Source: Raillietiella orientalis
Taxonomy: Eukaryota
Assembly: GCA_036172245.1 (NCBI GenBank)
Contig: JAYWIR010000014.1
Span: 2,728,001 to 2,792,000, forward strand
Length of the DNA stretch: 64,000 nucleotides
Direction of reading: 5' to 3'
Positions 48,085 to 63,099 of the stretch are shown piece after piece (positions within the stretch are counted from its first letter, which is position 1; each line of letters starts with the position of its first letter). A program made the position numbers and the translations under genes. The notes below the pieces were generated by a model, which was not told where the DNA came from, did no database searches, and saw only the letters and a list, made by a program, of their open reading frames with translations.

Positions 48085-50094
48085 TTCAAAATGCAAAACT
48101 CTTTAATCAACAGACTCATAGTACAAAAATTTGAGAATTCCCATCATTACAAAACATTGACAGGCAACCCTTTTTAATTTCAGAAAAAAAATTTTAAATT
48201 ACAATTTTTCTGTTTTTTTTTTTGTAAAAATTTCATTTTATAAAATGAACTTTACCAGTGGAAATCACTATAATTCTGATATTAAAGTCTTAAAGCAACG
48301 CCTCATGCGATTTACTATCCACTAATTCAAGATAGTTTTTTTTTTTTTCATGTGACTTTTTGATTTAAAAAATTTCGATACATCAATGCATTTAAAAAAT
48401 TGATGTACAATTATGAAACACAGACGTATGGAAAAAGCTACAAGTTTTTATAAAAATTTATAATCTTCTACAATCTTATTCTATATGGCATGAATATATT
48501 AAATTGCAACCCTGACATAAATATAAAATATATAATAATGCAAAATAACAAAAATAATTTGATTATAGTTTGATTATTATAAATTAGTCTATAATATTGT
48601 AATATCTGAATCACTCAATAATACAATTATAAAAAACTCCGAAATTTTTTGAAAGCTAATTGAAAGCAACGCGAGAAATCACGTACCACACATGTGATTC
48701 TCACATATAAGGCTGTTAAAAGATGAACATACCAGATTTTTTTCAAGAATCCAATTGCATTAAATTCTTGCCACACTTATAAATTAACGCCTACTTGAGA
48801 AAAAGAACTAAGAGCTAAAGAAAAGAAAAAAAAAAGCATCCTTTAATAATATTGTATAGGATAGAATAAAACTAGACTATAAAATATTTAACATTTAAAA
48901 ACAACATAACTACGACTATCACAAACAACGTTCTGATTTAACAGAATTAACTCAACATTAAAATAGTAAACATTCATCTCAAGATACCCTAAGCTATTCT
49001 CTGTCTCGTAATGCAAATAAATTATATAATTCAAAAACAAAAACAATATGCAAACACCGCAAACCATGACTAAATGTTCGGTGGCAGCTTGAGTTAAAAG
49101 CACCGAATAGCAAATTAGTTCATACTGGCAAACCTCTATCACAATAAGTCAAAACCACGAAATTTTTAAAAAAATAATGATCAATCCATTTGCAACATTA
49201 CTGAACACTGTTTGTTCACTTCAAGAACATAGAGAAGCTGTCCAATCGTTTGTTAGTCTATGCTTTAAAATTTTTAAACGCAAGCTTAGAAAGTAAGGAA
49301 AGTTTTGTGAACGATTGAGATGAAATGTATGGAAACCCACAATTGGAAAACAGCAATAGAAATGACTAGCTCTCACTGTTGCGTTTCCCACTGGTTATAG
49401 TAGTAGTAGTGATCGTCTACCCTCATGATTTCTCCAGTCTTTGGTCAATTTATCACGGAGTCAACTTTCAAGCACTAGATTCCAAAGAGCAACAGAAAAT
49501 ACCAACCACTACTCAGATGGTTTGGAATTCAGTTTTGACCTACTCTGGTTACAAAAAAAAAAAAAAAATACCAACAAAACAAAAAAACAACAACAACAAC
49601 AAAAATATGCTTTGTTTCCTTGCAAAATGATGGAAGTAAACAAAAAGTGACTCATAAATTCTTATAAAAAAATACACACTGTATTGCAGTTCCTTGCTGC
49701 GCTCCTAGGTCAGGCTTTTCTCTGAACCAAAGATACCGTTCAAAGCACACCCTGCTCTTCACGCAAGAGTCTCACAATGCTACCAAATTTTTTCGTATAC
49801 CACAGGGATCGACTTTGGTTACACAGAAAAAACGATCTTGCGAAATATGTCAAAGGTATTCTCACGTAATCAAAGTAACACCAACCATATCAATACTAGT
49901 CTTCGAGGACTAATGTAGAAATTTCGCTAAAGGAAAAAAAACGGGAAAAAACACACACAAAAAGAAGGGGAAAAAAAACGAAAAAAAAAACAACAATTCA
50001 AACGAATGGTGACAAACTCAACAATTGCACTAAGTTAAGATATAAAAAATATCTATAAAAAATAACTCATTTCGTAACTATCGCGGAGCATGCA
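48085..50094 (-). promoter_or_regulatory. Putative ~2-kb U-rich 3' UTR of the CPEB gene with an ATTAAA polyadenylation signal
   Basis: Minus strand is strongly T-rich. ATTAAA at 48102-48107 is followed ~20 nt later by a GU-rich tract (TTTGTGTTGTTCTTT). The end point is inferred. Confidence 0.4.
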
Positions 50095-53000
50095 TCAACA
50101 CCATCTGTATGGTACAGCTCTTGGACGATCCGCTCCTTCTTTAACTAGAGGTTTATGGAATTCTCGTCCAGGTCGAGAATGGATAGTCGCCCAGCAATGC
50201 TCACAGTAATACTGTAAACACATTACATTGGCGCAGAAGAATGGAGCAAACTTTCCACCACAATGGGCTCCTTGGCATTCATCACACAACTGGTCATCCA
50301 GCACATAGGGTTTCACTTCAACCTTCAAAAGTGAAACGAAACTGCATACATTTGTGAACAGAGAATAAAAAGCATAATGCAAAACGGTAGATCTCATGTA
50401 ACAACAATTTACTTCCGAGTACAAGGAAATGAAACTACTGCTAATAAACTGCTTTATGTACTTTTACAAGCATCATCTCGTGGTAGTAATTAGATGAGAT
50501 TGCATGATAGCTTGACAAAGCAAGGCGAACCACATACAGCTGCCCCGATCGGAAGTACGAATGTATTCCGCAATGTATCTAATACTGCTTTTGCATCACT
50601 AATTTTTTTTTTTTAACTTGCAAGATATGGGAGCAACTAATTAAATACCACCATGAAGTATCTTGAAATTGTCTCATAAACTGAGAGCTACTTTGAGATA
50701 AATCGCAATCAAAATTCTGCGATTGGTTTTCATCTCATTTAATGAAGATGTCACCGAACCAACGATATAAACTCGCACATTTTCTATTGAGGGTGTGGCA
50801 TTTTTCTGGTTTATAGCCAAACACATTACTTGGTGCATCTAGTACGTACCCGCTTGTCAATGTCTGCATGCTGAAGTTGTACAAATCGAGCACTTATAGC
50901 AGTGATATAGCTTTGTTGATTACTGAATGCCACTCTGCCAGCACCTTTAGGATATCTCAATTCGGGATCCGTGTCAATACCTGCGTAACACACTCCTCCA
51001 TACAATCGATTCATAATCATGGCCAACTCCACTGTGGAAAACAAAGGAAAAAAAAATATGACATACGCAACTACTGAGCAAGGATCGTACAATCAACGTC
51101 CATAGGATGTAGTATAAAAAACTTTGCCAAAATATAAGTCATACAGTGCAACTGAACAAGTTTTCAACAAAGAAAATTATTCTTTACCACCAACACCACA
51201 TTTCAAAGGTGACAAAAGGTCAAATCAAAAGTACAATGTGCTTAAAAATACACAGAAAGCAGCAAATATCTATTTAAAAGTACCAAATATCATATTCATT
51301 CTTACATGCTTTCAATGGTCTTGGTACTCCGCCAACAAACACAGTTTTACGTGGATCTAATGGTAAAGAAGCATCTAAGACATAATCTGCGTCCGATAAT
51401 CTCCAGGGTCTTATTTGAACAGGTTTATCCCTAATTGTTGGCGATGATACACATAAATAAAGTTTATCGTCATCCTGGATACATGTATCGATTAATGCTT
51501 GGACAGATGTTTCTTCCTGATTGAAAAACACACAAAAAGGAAAAAAGTCAATACTCCTCGTTAACATGAACTTTTTGCCCCCAAATATATTTCAGTCGGT
51601 ATGAAAAAAAAAAAAAAACAGTGCGGCGGATCGTATTCAAACAGCTAATCTTTAGACTATGACGGAAAAATAAATCCCTTCATCAAAACAGTTTTTTTAA
51701 ATTGAGTTTTGAGCCTTACAAGTTGTGAGGTACTGCGTATTGAATTATTACTATCGTTGCCCAATCAAGTTTACTGCTGCAGAACTTGACAAGGAAATGT
51801 ACAGGGACAATAAATAATAAGCGTGACCACACCCACACACAAATGAAATTTTGTCACAGGACATTCACCCTTTCTTTCTTTTTTTTCAAAAAAATAAGAA
51901 AATACATTTTTTGCTTGGACTTCATTTCAATGAAGTCTGGCTAGATTCTCTGCTTAAATACGAACAACACGCTATATATTTTTTAATGTGAGATCTTCAA
52001 ATCATCTTATAATGTGCACATTACAAACAGCTGTTTGCAATAGAAAACTTGTTTCTGGCTAAAAACAAACACAAAAAAGGTTTAACTTGTGAGCTTCAGA
52101 GACGTTCAGACAGATGGTCTTGACGGCTCAAGTGTACAGAATTACCAAAAAATTACAGGAAATACACGGGACACTCAGTTGCTACACGTGTGCTTTGTTG
52201 AGGAAAATTTGCTTATCATAAAAAAACATAAAAATAAAACAAATAAGATTCCAAAACTAAATGTAATTTTAAATCGAAAAAAACTCTTGCTCATCTTTTG
52301 TAACACAAAAGTCGATATTCATTTTCATAACATATATTCTCAAAACTCTTAAGAAACCATTCTTAACCATTTGAGACAATGAATGCCCCATTTATCATTT
52401 CATTTCATCATACTATTATCATTCGTTAAGGAAGCAATGAGGCATTAAAAAAAAAAAAAAAGCTTTTTAAAACAGCCGGTTTTAAAGAGCTGACTTACGA
52501 ATTTCTCTCAACAGAACTTTAAAATGAATACGATTTGAATGAGGACGATTCGAATTCAGTAGTTACGATGATGCCTCACGGAGGTTGTTTTTCAACAGAT
52601 TAATGCTACTACTGCTAAGAGAATTTCGTTTCGTATGCAACGGTAAATAGTGCATAACTTCAGTTTCTAAAAGATGCATCAAAACTTTCGAAAATTTCTG
52701 GATTATCCTCATGATCGCACTGTAGGAGAATAAGGAATTTGCTTTCAAAATACTTTCAGGCACTAGAGAATGGCAAATAAAGTTAAAAATTGATTTTATC
52801 CCTGAAGGTTTTCGTACTGTAACTTTTTGTTGCCATTCCTATCAAGAGTCATTATATTTATGCCAAGCTACCCATCTTGTCAATATTAGATAATGTTTAG
52901 AAACATGCTTTTCTTAATTGAACAAAATATTTATTTCGAATAGGAGAAACTCGGTTCATTTATAACTTCCAAAGGCTCATGTGGAGTCTATTTCTTATGG

Positions 53001-56000
53001 TTCTATGATTCTTGCTGGAGTTATATTGAAATTGGGGGGATATGGAATGGTGCGATTGTTTGTGAAGTATAATTATGGAATTATAAGGTTATGATTAATG
53101 GGGGTGAGTATGGTGGGTGGTGTAGTAAGTGGGTTGATAGTATGAAATATTCTATGGCTTGAGTCATAAGGAATGTTGATTCACTTGATAATATCCGTGC
53201 CTCATTAAGAATTTGCGCTGTCATCGGAAGAAAACCAATAGGATAATGTACCGATGACAAAATCGGTGAAATTAATTCAAATTTAATTATAAACTCGTTC
53301 TTAAGAGTGCTTGAATCAATGGCGTACTCTCTGCTATCTGGGCACCCAAAACTGAATTTTTATCAATATGTTTGACGTGACATACAAAAATTATTGCCGA
53401 ATCTAATACATAATCGTCAAATTCCAACATTCAGTTTAGATGATGTCTTACGCTATTAAAAAGCAATATTTTGAAAGCTGTCGCTAATTTCTTTCTCTTC
53501 TGATTGTCTTTTTCCTTTAACATACGGAGTACTTCAAAAGTGAACCATGTCTTACGGAATGCTTTTTCTTAACTGTTTTAATTTTCTTTTGCTTCATTTT
53601 CGTTAATCACACGAAGTTACCGTTCTTTGTTGACAAAACAGATTGAAGAAAAACAGTTTATTCTATAAACTTCCTCGAGTAAGCAACAAACAATCCTCCT
53701 TCCGTGTAAACAGCTATAAAATAGCCGTAAAAGGTTCTTTTCGAGTAAACGCCAATAGTAACAAAGAGAACGATTACGGAGAAGTACATTTTCTTTCATA
53801 CGTCTCCTGAGAACAGGGTAGTTGCCAAAGTGATTTAGTGTTAACGTGAAATACAGTACATCCAAAGCCGGGGATTGCACTGTTGGGAGATTTATGATGC
53901 GCTCAATTCGAAAAAAATAATCGTAGCGTACGATGGGGATAATATAATTTAATACTGTTCTCGACGTACCTAGCAATCGGACAATCAAAAAATTTCTACT
54001 AAAGCAAGTTCTAAAATAATTTTAAAGGTCCTCCAAGGATCGAACAGTTTTTCTTCGCTGCTTGCAAGAATGTTTCGGAGTTTCGTAATCAGCCCTACAA
54101 AGCACGCTAATCAGATAAATGTACAAATAAAATCCAAAAATTTCCGGAAAAAATTCACAGAGCAATCATCCAGGAACCGAGAGATTCAAAATCAATCCTG
54201 TGTTAGCAAAATCTCCACATTTCCACGAAGCATTCCTAAAGTCCATTGCTCTTTACGCATGGTAGAGTAGCGAAAACGGAATTATTAAACTTATAGACAA
54301 ACAAATGTGTCATGTCATTGAGATGACACATGAATGGTGAAAAGAAGCGGCGGCGACTGATAGGAATGATAGAACACTTAGGATTTCAAAATATGGCAAC
54401 AACGAAGAATGCAAATCTCAAAACCATATCATACAAAAAACGATTTCGTTGGAACCTGTGAATTATTTGAAAAGAGAACAAAAAACACGTATCAGAGCAC
54501 AGAGATACTGAGTTACTAAACTCTTGTTAAGAATGATTTGTGATTGCTACTTATCATCACAAAATTTGTAGACAGGTGCTAAAATACCCTTTACAAAACA
54601 TGCACATGAATGTATTTGTTGTGATTAGCAACTTGTAAAAATTTAGAAAATGAAACCTGTACTCCTCACCTGAAATAGGAGAAAAGCATATCCCTTGGGA
54701 GGGAAATATGATTTTGATTCTGCTTTATGTGGCCAGTCAACTACTAGAGGCCCAAAACGGCAAAAGCTGTGAGTGATTTCTTCTAAAATCCAAGAGAAAA
54801 CAATGTTAATAACACAAAATGGAATGAAAAATTTATGTACAAAAAACGGTACAGAATAACAGTTTTCGCTAGCATCTTTTTAAATCATTTACTTTAATGC
54901 ATTAATCTGACCTTAAAATGTCCGCAAAATACAACAAAACTTCAAGAACTTCAGCAAGTGTCATGAATACATGTTTGATGCGTTAAAGCATTAACAAGGA
55001 TTACCCCGCACAGAGAGGAATTAGAAGTGCTAAACATTGTGATCACCTTCATCGATGTCAGGGGGTAATCCTCCGACAAACACCTTCCTAGAATAACGTT
55101 CTCCTAAATCGCCGACAATCTGAGATCTCGAGTTCTGTGAGGAAGGTGATAACGGGAGGAAAGTTCCTTGCGATTCCAAATGTTTCTCATCCACGTTAAA
55201 ATGACAGTCATCATAGGATGAAAAGGAAGCTTTCCCTGTTACTGGAAAAAAGCAGACCATCAACATTATGACTGAATATAAAATTCCAACATGACAACAA
55301 AACAACTTACATGGAAGTGATACCCAGAGAAATAATTTAAAACAAAATGCATCACCAGCTATGTGAACACTTTTTTTATGATGCATTGTAAACACACTTT
55401 TTATTGATTACAATCTCGACAAACGGCGAATCTTCATGTGCATGCCTTCACACACAGTAAAGTGTTACTGTCCAAGATTGCAATTTCACGTTTCCACGTA
55501 AATGTAAACCAAAGTTCAGGGTTTCGCAAAGCAGGGAAAAAACCCATTTAATCCAAAACATGACATGAGGTTCAACACATGATAACGTGCAAGGAACCCA
55601 ATTTCATTAGGAATGCCGTGTCTCTTCATTAATCATAAAATATAATGTTTTACGTGAAATACATGCAGAGTATGTAGTAACTTTTGTTACACAAAGAGTG
55701 TTGTTGTAAACAATGAGTACAAATGGGTACCATTCAAAAGGGCACAAATCTAGAAAATCCAGAGATATTTCTTTACGATTTATGATGGGTAGATGTATAA
55801 TGTACTTTGTACTGAGCTTTGTAAACTACTACACGATTACAAACGGCCAACCTTTTAATAAACAATTCGCTAGACTTCAAAATGGGTGAAAATAAATACA
55901 TTTTTGAAATAGACAATTTTTAATTGCCAACTGAAATCGGATGACACATATTGATAATCTTATTACAATAGCAAAAATTGCCTATGACAACAACAACAAA

Positions 56001-59000
56001 AAAAAACTTCTGGATACGGAAACGGGAATCGCGAAGCCCTGTTCGTAAGATGACAGCTCATTTTGAAAACAAAGAATCATAAATTCACAGTTACAAGTAA
56101 AAATTTCTATGGAAATTTATTTTCATGAGCACCAAAACAGAAAAAGCACAAAATACGGAAAAAATGAAAATGTTAAAAAAACAAAAAAAAAGGGTAGCTG
56201 TCGTTCTTCACGCAAACTCAAATGAAAGATAGCCATTTTTTAAAAAGGAAATGGTCAAAAACAAATTGCTACATAGTACACATTAAGGAACTATGTTAAA
56301 TACATATATGCTTTCGCATTTAATTTACCAAACTTAGTTACCCTAATAATGTTACTACATTCAAGTTTTTTTTTAAGGCAAACTCAAAAAGTGGAAAGAT
56401 GGAATTCCTGTTATTTTAGCAAGCTATAAAGAAGAACACTGCAATTGAGAACATTCAGCCTGAGCACAATCGAACACAAATATAAGCATTCACTCGCCTT
56501 GCACTTGGAGGACAGCGCGAAAAGGTTATTGCATAGAGCTCTACAAAATTCAACTCTATGGCAAGCACGGAACAAGTTAAAATCTAAGGACTCAGCAGCA
56601 CTCAAAGAATAACATCTGTTTCTGCTTATAAAAATTTTGTATTCAAAATTTCAACTAAATCCAATCATATTTCTGTGATCGGTACGAGGCTTCCATAATT
56701 TCTTCACATTTCAAACCTAAAATGACGCTCCGAATTCCCCACTCAGGTCTAGTTGTATAAAAAATCATAAATAGAAAAATAGTGAGCACGTAATTTAGCT
56801 TTCAGTTGTTAGCCCTTTCCTCTATTGAATCAAACTAAAATAAAATAAGAATAGAAATGACACAGAATTTAACAATAGCAACGCTGTTTAGGAACGATTA
56901 TGAACACCTTGGGCTGCTCTCACCTTCACCATGTGTTTTTAATCAAACACAATTGGGATTAGACGGCGACTGATGTGGTGCATGTTTCAAAAATGTGATT
57001 TTATGAAGAATCGAAAAGCTTTCATATTTTATACACGAGATTCTTTAACAACGTAATTTTTTTTCCAGTGAGCAAACATTTTTTCTTTCCGATAGAGCTC
57101 TGAGAATAAATATAGGTTATAATTACAAAAATTTATCTTTGCACAGAGAAAATGAAAAGTGCGACGAGACCCTCCTCACGTGTGCAAACCGTATTTATGG
57201 AAATTCATTTCACGCTGAGACATTTTTTTCCATTTGCAAATTGTTCGGTTGAACTTTGTTCTAGTTAAGAGGTTTTTTATTTACCTTTCATTCAATTAGT
57301 GTGTAAGCCTTGGAATTACTGGTTTTACGCTACTAAATTCGTCTAACATCTAAATGATAAATGAACATACCAGATCTTCTTTCGAAATATAAGAGATGCA
57401 AAATTAAAGAATAGCTAAATTTGTATCACGATGCAAAAGAATTTTTTTCTTCTTTGAAATCAGAACATCTGCTTCTCGTACTTGCATCGATCGTTTCATT
57501 ACTACCAAATGTATCGTGGATTTAAGACAAAGAACGTAATTTTAGCCTTAACGAAATACCGAGTTCGTATACCATAACAGAAATACCTCTTTTAGTAATA
57601 GTTTATAACAGTTTGTAAGTAAAAAAACTTACCATACTGTAATTGTTCAGCCAGACTTTGAAAAATCGAGTTGTAAGTGACAAAACCTGACAAAATAAAT
57701 AACATAAACAAAAATTAAGCAAGAAGAATATAAACTGCAATAAAATCCTCAATTCAAATGTTAAAAGAAAAATATATATAATCCACACATGTAGAGAATA
57801 TTTTCTGAACATACATTATACATTTGCAGGGTCAATTAAAACAATCGACTTAATCACTTTTAACAAATGTTTCTGTGTGTGTTACAGTATAAGGTGAAGT
57901 CTTGCGAATTTAGAGTTTCGAAAAAATTTAGAAAGTTTAGGAAAAAAATGACTAAAATTCTAATCTCAAATATTAGTAATAGACAGTTCTAAGGGAAAAA
58001 CAAAAAAGTTCCTTTCGCCTTTCCGTGAATCACATTTCAAACAAGCACACAAAACAAATTGCATGACATACAAAAAGTTGATACTGCATATCATTTACTA
58101 AACGATCTTTCACAATATGCTAAGAAATATTCATTGCTTTATTGCGCAGTAAAAAAAAAAAAGGAAAAAGAAAAAAAAAAGTACTAATTTCATAATTCGG
58201 ATGCAAAAAAAAAAATAGAATTAGAAAACTATTTAATACTTTTCCAAGGAGTAATTTTAGAATGACAAACTTTACAATCGCATGGGTTGTTTCGAGGAAA
58301 GTTTTCGTGATGAAAAAAAATTCGAATCCATTAAACATCAATTATTAAAAATTCTGTACTTAATCTTTTACAGGTGAAATATCTAACCCCGACAATACTT
58401 CAAAGCTCTTGGTGAACAGAAAATATTGCATGTGGTTACAAAAATCACTGTAACCATGAACGTATCACATCGTCAGAACTGTTACCAGCTGATTTTAATA
58501 AGTCACAAGGATACGAACACATTATAAAGTAAAATTATTGTACATTTGGCAAACACCGAGTTGCACACGAATTTTCACTCACTGCAGAATAACTTATAAC
58601 CACAAATCATGAAGGAAACACCTTCACTTTAATCAAATGCGAAACTTATGCACCTATAGAATAATCAAGTAGGAGATTCAATCATTATGAAGTCTGCAAA
58701 CATAGATTCGCTTTACAATGTACGACAATAGAGGAAAATTAATCAACAAGATATTTGCTTTCCAAAATAATAAAGGAAAATATTGTAACAGAAACATGTG
58801 TATGCAAACTTGAGCGTTTTACTATCAAGTACATCTGAGAAAATTGGGCTTGAAATAATATCTGCATAATGTTCCATCCTTTTGATGAGCATCAGAAAGG
58901 AGACTTCAACGCATTTTATTTAAAAATGTTCAATAAAAAGGGGCAAAAATACCACTTCTCATTTAAGGCTGCAGCCTCAGAAAAATGTCAACAGTTTAAC

Positions 59001-61425
59001 CAAAGACAACTGGGTATAACAAATTTTCGGATGTTCGCCTACACTCTGTCCTCATTACATTTCTGGCCATGTTAATCTCTCCATGTTTTGAACTTGCTGC
59101 TGCAAACATTTTCTCCGCCACTTACAGTTTCTTTCATTCAATTACGTAGCACAATAAACCTTTACTTTTGGCATTTGATGTATGAATAAAAGGGAAGTCG
59201 GAAAAAAAAAACGAAAACGGAATAATTATCAGGAGTACTGCTTAGCTTTTACAATATACATAATCCACGACATAACACGAACAATTTCTCCATAGCTTAT
59301 GAAGTACAGGAGCCCACTGATCTACATGTGTTTGCACACAGAGGGAGAAAAACTTTATGAGTACCTTTAATTTGCTCCTGAGAAACTGCATCCCCACTTC
59401 CTCTTATAAAATCACTTAAATATTGCTCAAGGCCTCTCATGTTATCTAAAGGACTACTAGCAGGAAGTGGATTATACATCAAGTCCTTAAAAAAAAAGGG
59501 GAAAATGACATACCTATGTACTTCAATTTTATCAACACAAAATACTGGTAAAAATAATTAACAGAAAGAGGTTTCATTCCTTTCATAGTATTCACAGTAA
59601 AACAATCCACACACCGATGCACGAAAGAGAAATAAACATAAAATGACACTGGGTAGTTTCATGCTTAACTTTGCTAAACATAAGCAAAGCTGTAAACAAA
59701 AAAAGTACTACATAAATGACACAAACCACAATGATATGTTAAGTGTAATGTACAGAAGCTAAAGTAAATATTAGTTATATACAGACTGAGACAACAACAA
59801 GAAAATACCTGATTTGAATAAGAATCTCTGCTGACACCATCATCCATTGAGCTAACTTCATAATTTGAACTCTGAGGATGAAACATTCCTTTACTGGGGA
59901 ACGTTGCATTTCTTCTATATTTAAATCCACATGGATTGACGATATTCATTGCTAACAAAACAACGAACTAGATCAAAAGTTTCAATTTATTTACATGCTC
60001 CTAACTACACAATTACAGTTATTTTTGAAAGGCATTAATAGCTACACTCGAAAATTACAACAGTACTGAGACACATTTTTACATCTTTAACCATAAAAGA
60101 ATTTTTAAAGCAGAATACTGATCTCTGACACCCTTGCATTACATTTACTAAACATACATAAGCATACATTACTCAAGCAAATAGCACTGTAGGCTTTCAT
60201 AGAATCTACTAAAACAAAAAAAGTCCATTTTAAATACATAATCAGTCAACTCACAGCCAAGATTAGAAAATGAAGGAGATACATTATATCCAGGTTTCCT
60301 ACTAGCATTGGTAATTTGTGAATGCACTGTATTCAAATTATGAACAGTTCTTCCACGATGAACATTTGCAATATTTGGATTCCAAGTTGTATGATTATTT
60401 GTTCCTATATTTCCACCGGGATTAGTAGTTGAGTTGCTTACATTAACAGGAGCAGTTATTCCTGAACACCAAGAAGCTTGTGATGAAGACCAGTTGGAAG
60501 AATTTTTATGAGAAAGAAAAAGATTCTGATTTTGGTTTTGTTGTTGCATAATGCGATTTAGATCATGGGAAAAATTATGTGTTGCAGTTATTGCACGTCT
60601 AGGTGGCCCCTGATTTGTGGATAAATTTGCCATTTGAGAATTTAAAGATGTGAACATTGGGTTCACACTGGAAGTTGTATGAATAGGTAAGTTTTGAAAT
60701 GGCAAACCACCATTGGCCAAGGGCATTCCGGGTATTAAAGGTTCTTCTACAGATCCATTGGGCCAAAGACTAGTATTTAATGTAGAGGTATTGGAAGCAT
60801 TAACACCAGTATTATTTAGACTTCCATAATTTAAGCTTTCAAAATTTTCAATATGATTCTGATCAGGAAAGTTAGTACCTAAATTACCTATGTTTATATT
60901 ATTTAGATTCTGTGGTAAACGAATTGGGGAAGCACTACTGGGGCTACTGCTTGACAACATTTGTGGAGAGGAAATTTCATTGATACCTAATAATGACTGC
61001 TGTATATGTGCAGTACTTTTTTCTGCCTTTTGATTTGATAATGAGTACTGTACAGATTGAAAGTTCACTTGATTATGCAAAGAGGCATGATTATTGGAAG
61101 TACTCAGTACCAAAGATGGTTCTGCTAATGAAGTTGAAGAGGTTGATATGCAGGAAGCAGTGCTTACATTTTTTATTATAGCTTCATCTAAAGTCTCTTT
61201 GGTTCTAAATGACTGGATTTCTTCATTTACTTCACAGTTTGGAGATATATGACGAGTTCCTACACTATTTTTCTCGAAGACAGCTTCAAGATGCATTTCA
61301 TTATCTTGACTAGTTGAAGTTTGGACTGGCACTAGGGTTGCATTAAAACCATCACAACTTTTCACATTGCTTTGAGATTCGGTTGGCGAATTCGATGTTT
61401 CTGCGTTTGTGAAGAAATCCCCCAT
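50095..61425 (-). CDS. orb2: Cytoplasmic polyadenylation element-binding protein, CPEB2-4/Orb2 class (~785 aa, 8 coding exons)
   Basis: Phase-consistent GT-AG exons: 61425-60255, 59951-59809, 59485-59365, 55235-55047, 54782-54670, 51516-51306, 51031-50850, 50322-50095 (2358 nt). RRM1 [49 protein letters not shown]2 [46 protein letters not shown] finger [51 protein letters not shown]. Confidence 0.95.
52954..53145 (+). pseudogene. ND4: NUMT: mitochondrial ND4 fragment inside a CPEB intron
   Basis: In the invertebrate mitochondrial code it reads [62 protein letters not shown], matching the ND4 signature HLWLPKAHVEAP..GSM.LAG..LKLGGYG. The Trp codon TGA has become TAA. Strong G+T skew, unlike the flanks. 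Confidence 0.9.
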
Positions 61426-63099
61426 AGATAGATTCCTACATACAATGCTAAACAGTTGCTGATCGTTTACATAATTAATTCACTTTATTGTGCTACTTTT
61501 ATGCACACAATAATTTCACCTATAAAATCACTTCCTGCAGCCTTAAAGCTGCAGTACATCTGGAACAAATAAAACACACGCGTTCAATAAAGGTTTTGCA
61601 AACACGGAGAAATCATGTCTTCAGAACAGCAAGCATAAGGATACAGCGTAAATGGATTACTGTGATAAAAAAAAAAAAAAACGTTTCCCGTTTACATTCG
61701 GTATTCACGGCGGCTGTACAAATTATACAAAAACATCCGGCATCAAAAAACTTTATACTACCAACCAGTGCTCACACATCATCGATATGTTTTTGTTACA
61801 TTTGGAAACCGAAAAGGATTAAAGCTGGGATCATGCAATGCTTTTACACATTGAATCAATGTTGCTACGGCAACTTCGTTGGCGGACGCTTGGCAAGAAA
61901 TTTAAAACAATAAGTGTTATTTTAGTACTTCTTACGTCGCCTGTTTTTCCAGTTTCAGACGTTTTTGCGAATTTTCAGAAATCTGAAAACTCGAATTGAA
62001 AAAAAAGGCAAAATGGAAAGAAAAAAAAAGAAAAAAAAGGGAGAAACATCTCCTTAACCAAACGAAATGCATTTCCAAGCAACACACGCATGTCACAATT
62101 ACAAGGTTGTGAAATAAGAAAATAATCTGTATGTGAATAATAATTGGTACTTCATGCTGGCATTCCCATCAACTTAATCACATTAAATTACTTGCTGAAC
62201 CTCACATACTGATTAAAAAAGGGGGGAAAAAAAAAAAAAAAAAAAGGTGACTAAAGATGTCAAACCACCGTATTCGGGTTATTTACGAGTTTTTGATACG
62301 AAACGTCACACAATCAGCAAAAATTTTCACACTTACTAGAGATAAAGCATTTGGGGGTATGAAGGCAAAAACGGGAACTTTAAGAGTTTTGTAAGAGTTT
62401 ACGACATGAGCAGAAGATACTCGGACAATATGCAGGTAATTAGTACTCATGCTCAGAAGAGCAACCATGCATAGCTTATAATTTGGCAGAGAGGAATCGT
62501 GCTGGAAAAGGCAGATTAAAAACGACGATTTCATTTTGATTCCTTCTAAAAAACGAACACCAAGTGTTCGGATAAATGATACACGGCCAGTACACACTCT
62601 AATCATGATCAAGCACACTGTTGTCTGCTTTCATCATCATTAAGGACCGAAAAATTTTCCCTTTTCGACTATTTGCAACGGCCTGCGGTTTTATTAAAGA
62701 TGCCCAAATTCCTTATTAACAGTTTCTACCCTTCCCAAAGTGCGCTAATTAGTAAAATAGAGGATATTATAATGGTACTGAAGTGTTCGTATAGCATATT
62801 TGTTCCAAGCTTGCTTTTGTGCTAGAAAGACTCAAAAAAAAAAAAAAACGCATTTCGTAGAATAATTAAATTCAAGGGGTGCATTGAGAAGTGTGTAATT
62901 ACAATCTATTCTATTTATTGAGCATATAAATAAAGGAAGGAATTTTTGCTAAAAGAATACATCAAGGTAAGAGACTGTAGCTTGCCAACCACCCGATCCC
63001 ATTTGAATTCAAGTGAAGCATAATTTTCAAGGGAAATTCGAAATTTTCATGGTGAAAGAGGAAAAATCGCAAAAGTTTCACTCCGCTTTGATTTCCGTA

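Noticed and set aside
57371..57420. CPEB4-like microexon (YFERRSG followed by GTATGT)
   Set aside because: Good donor but no phase-compatible acceptor found; RNA-seq would be needed.
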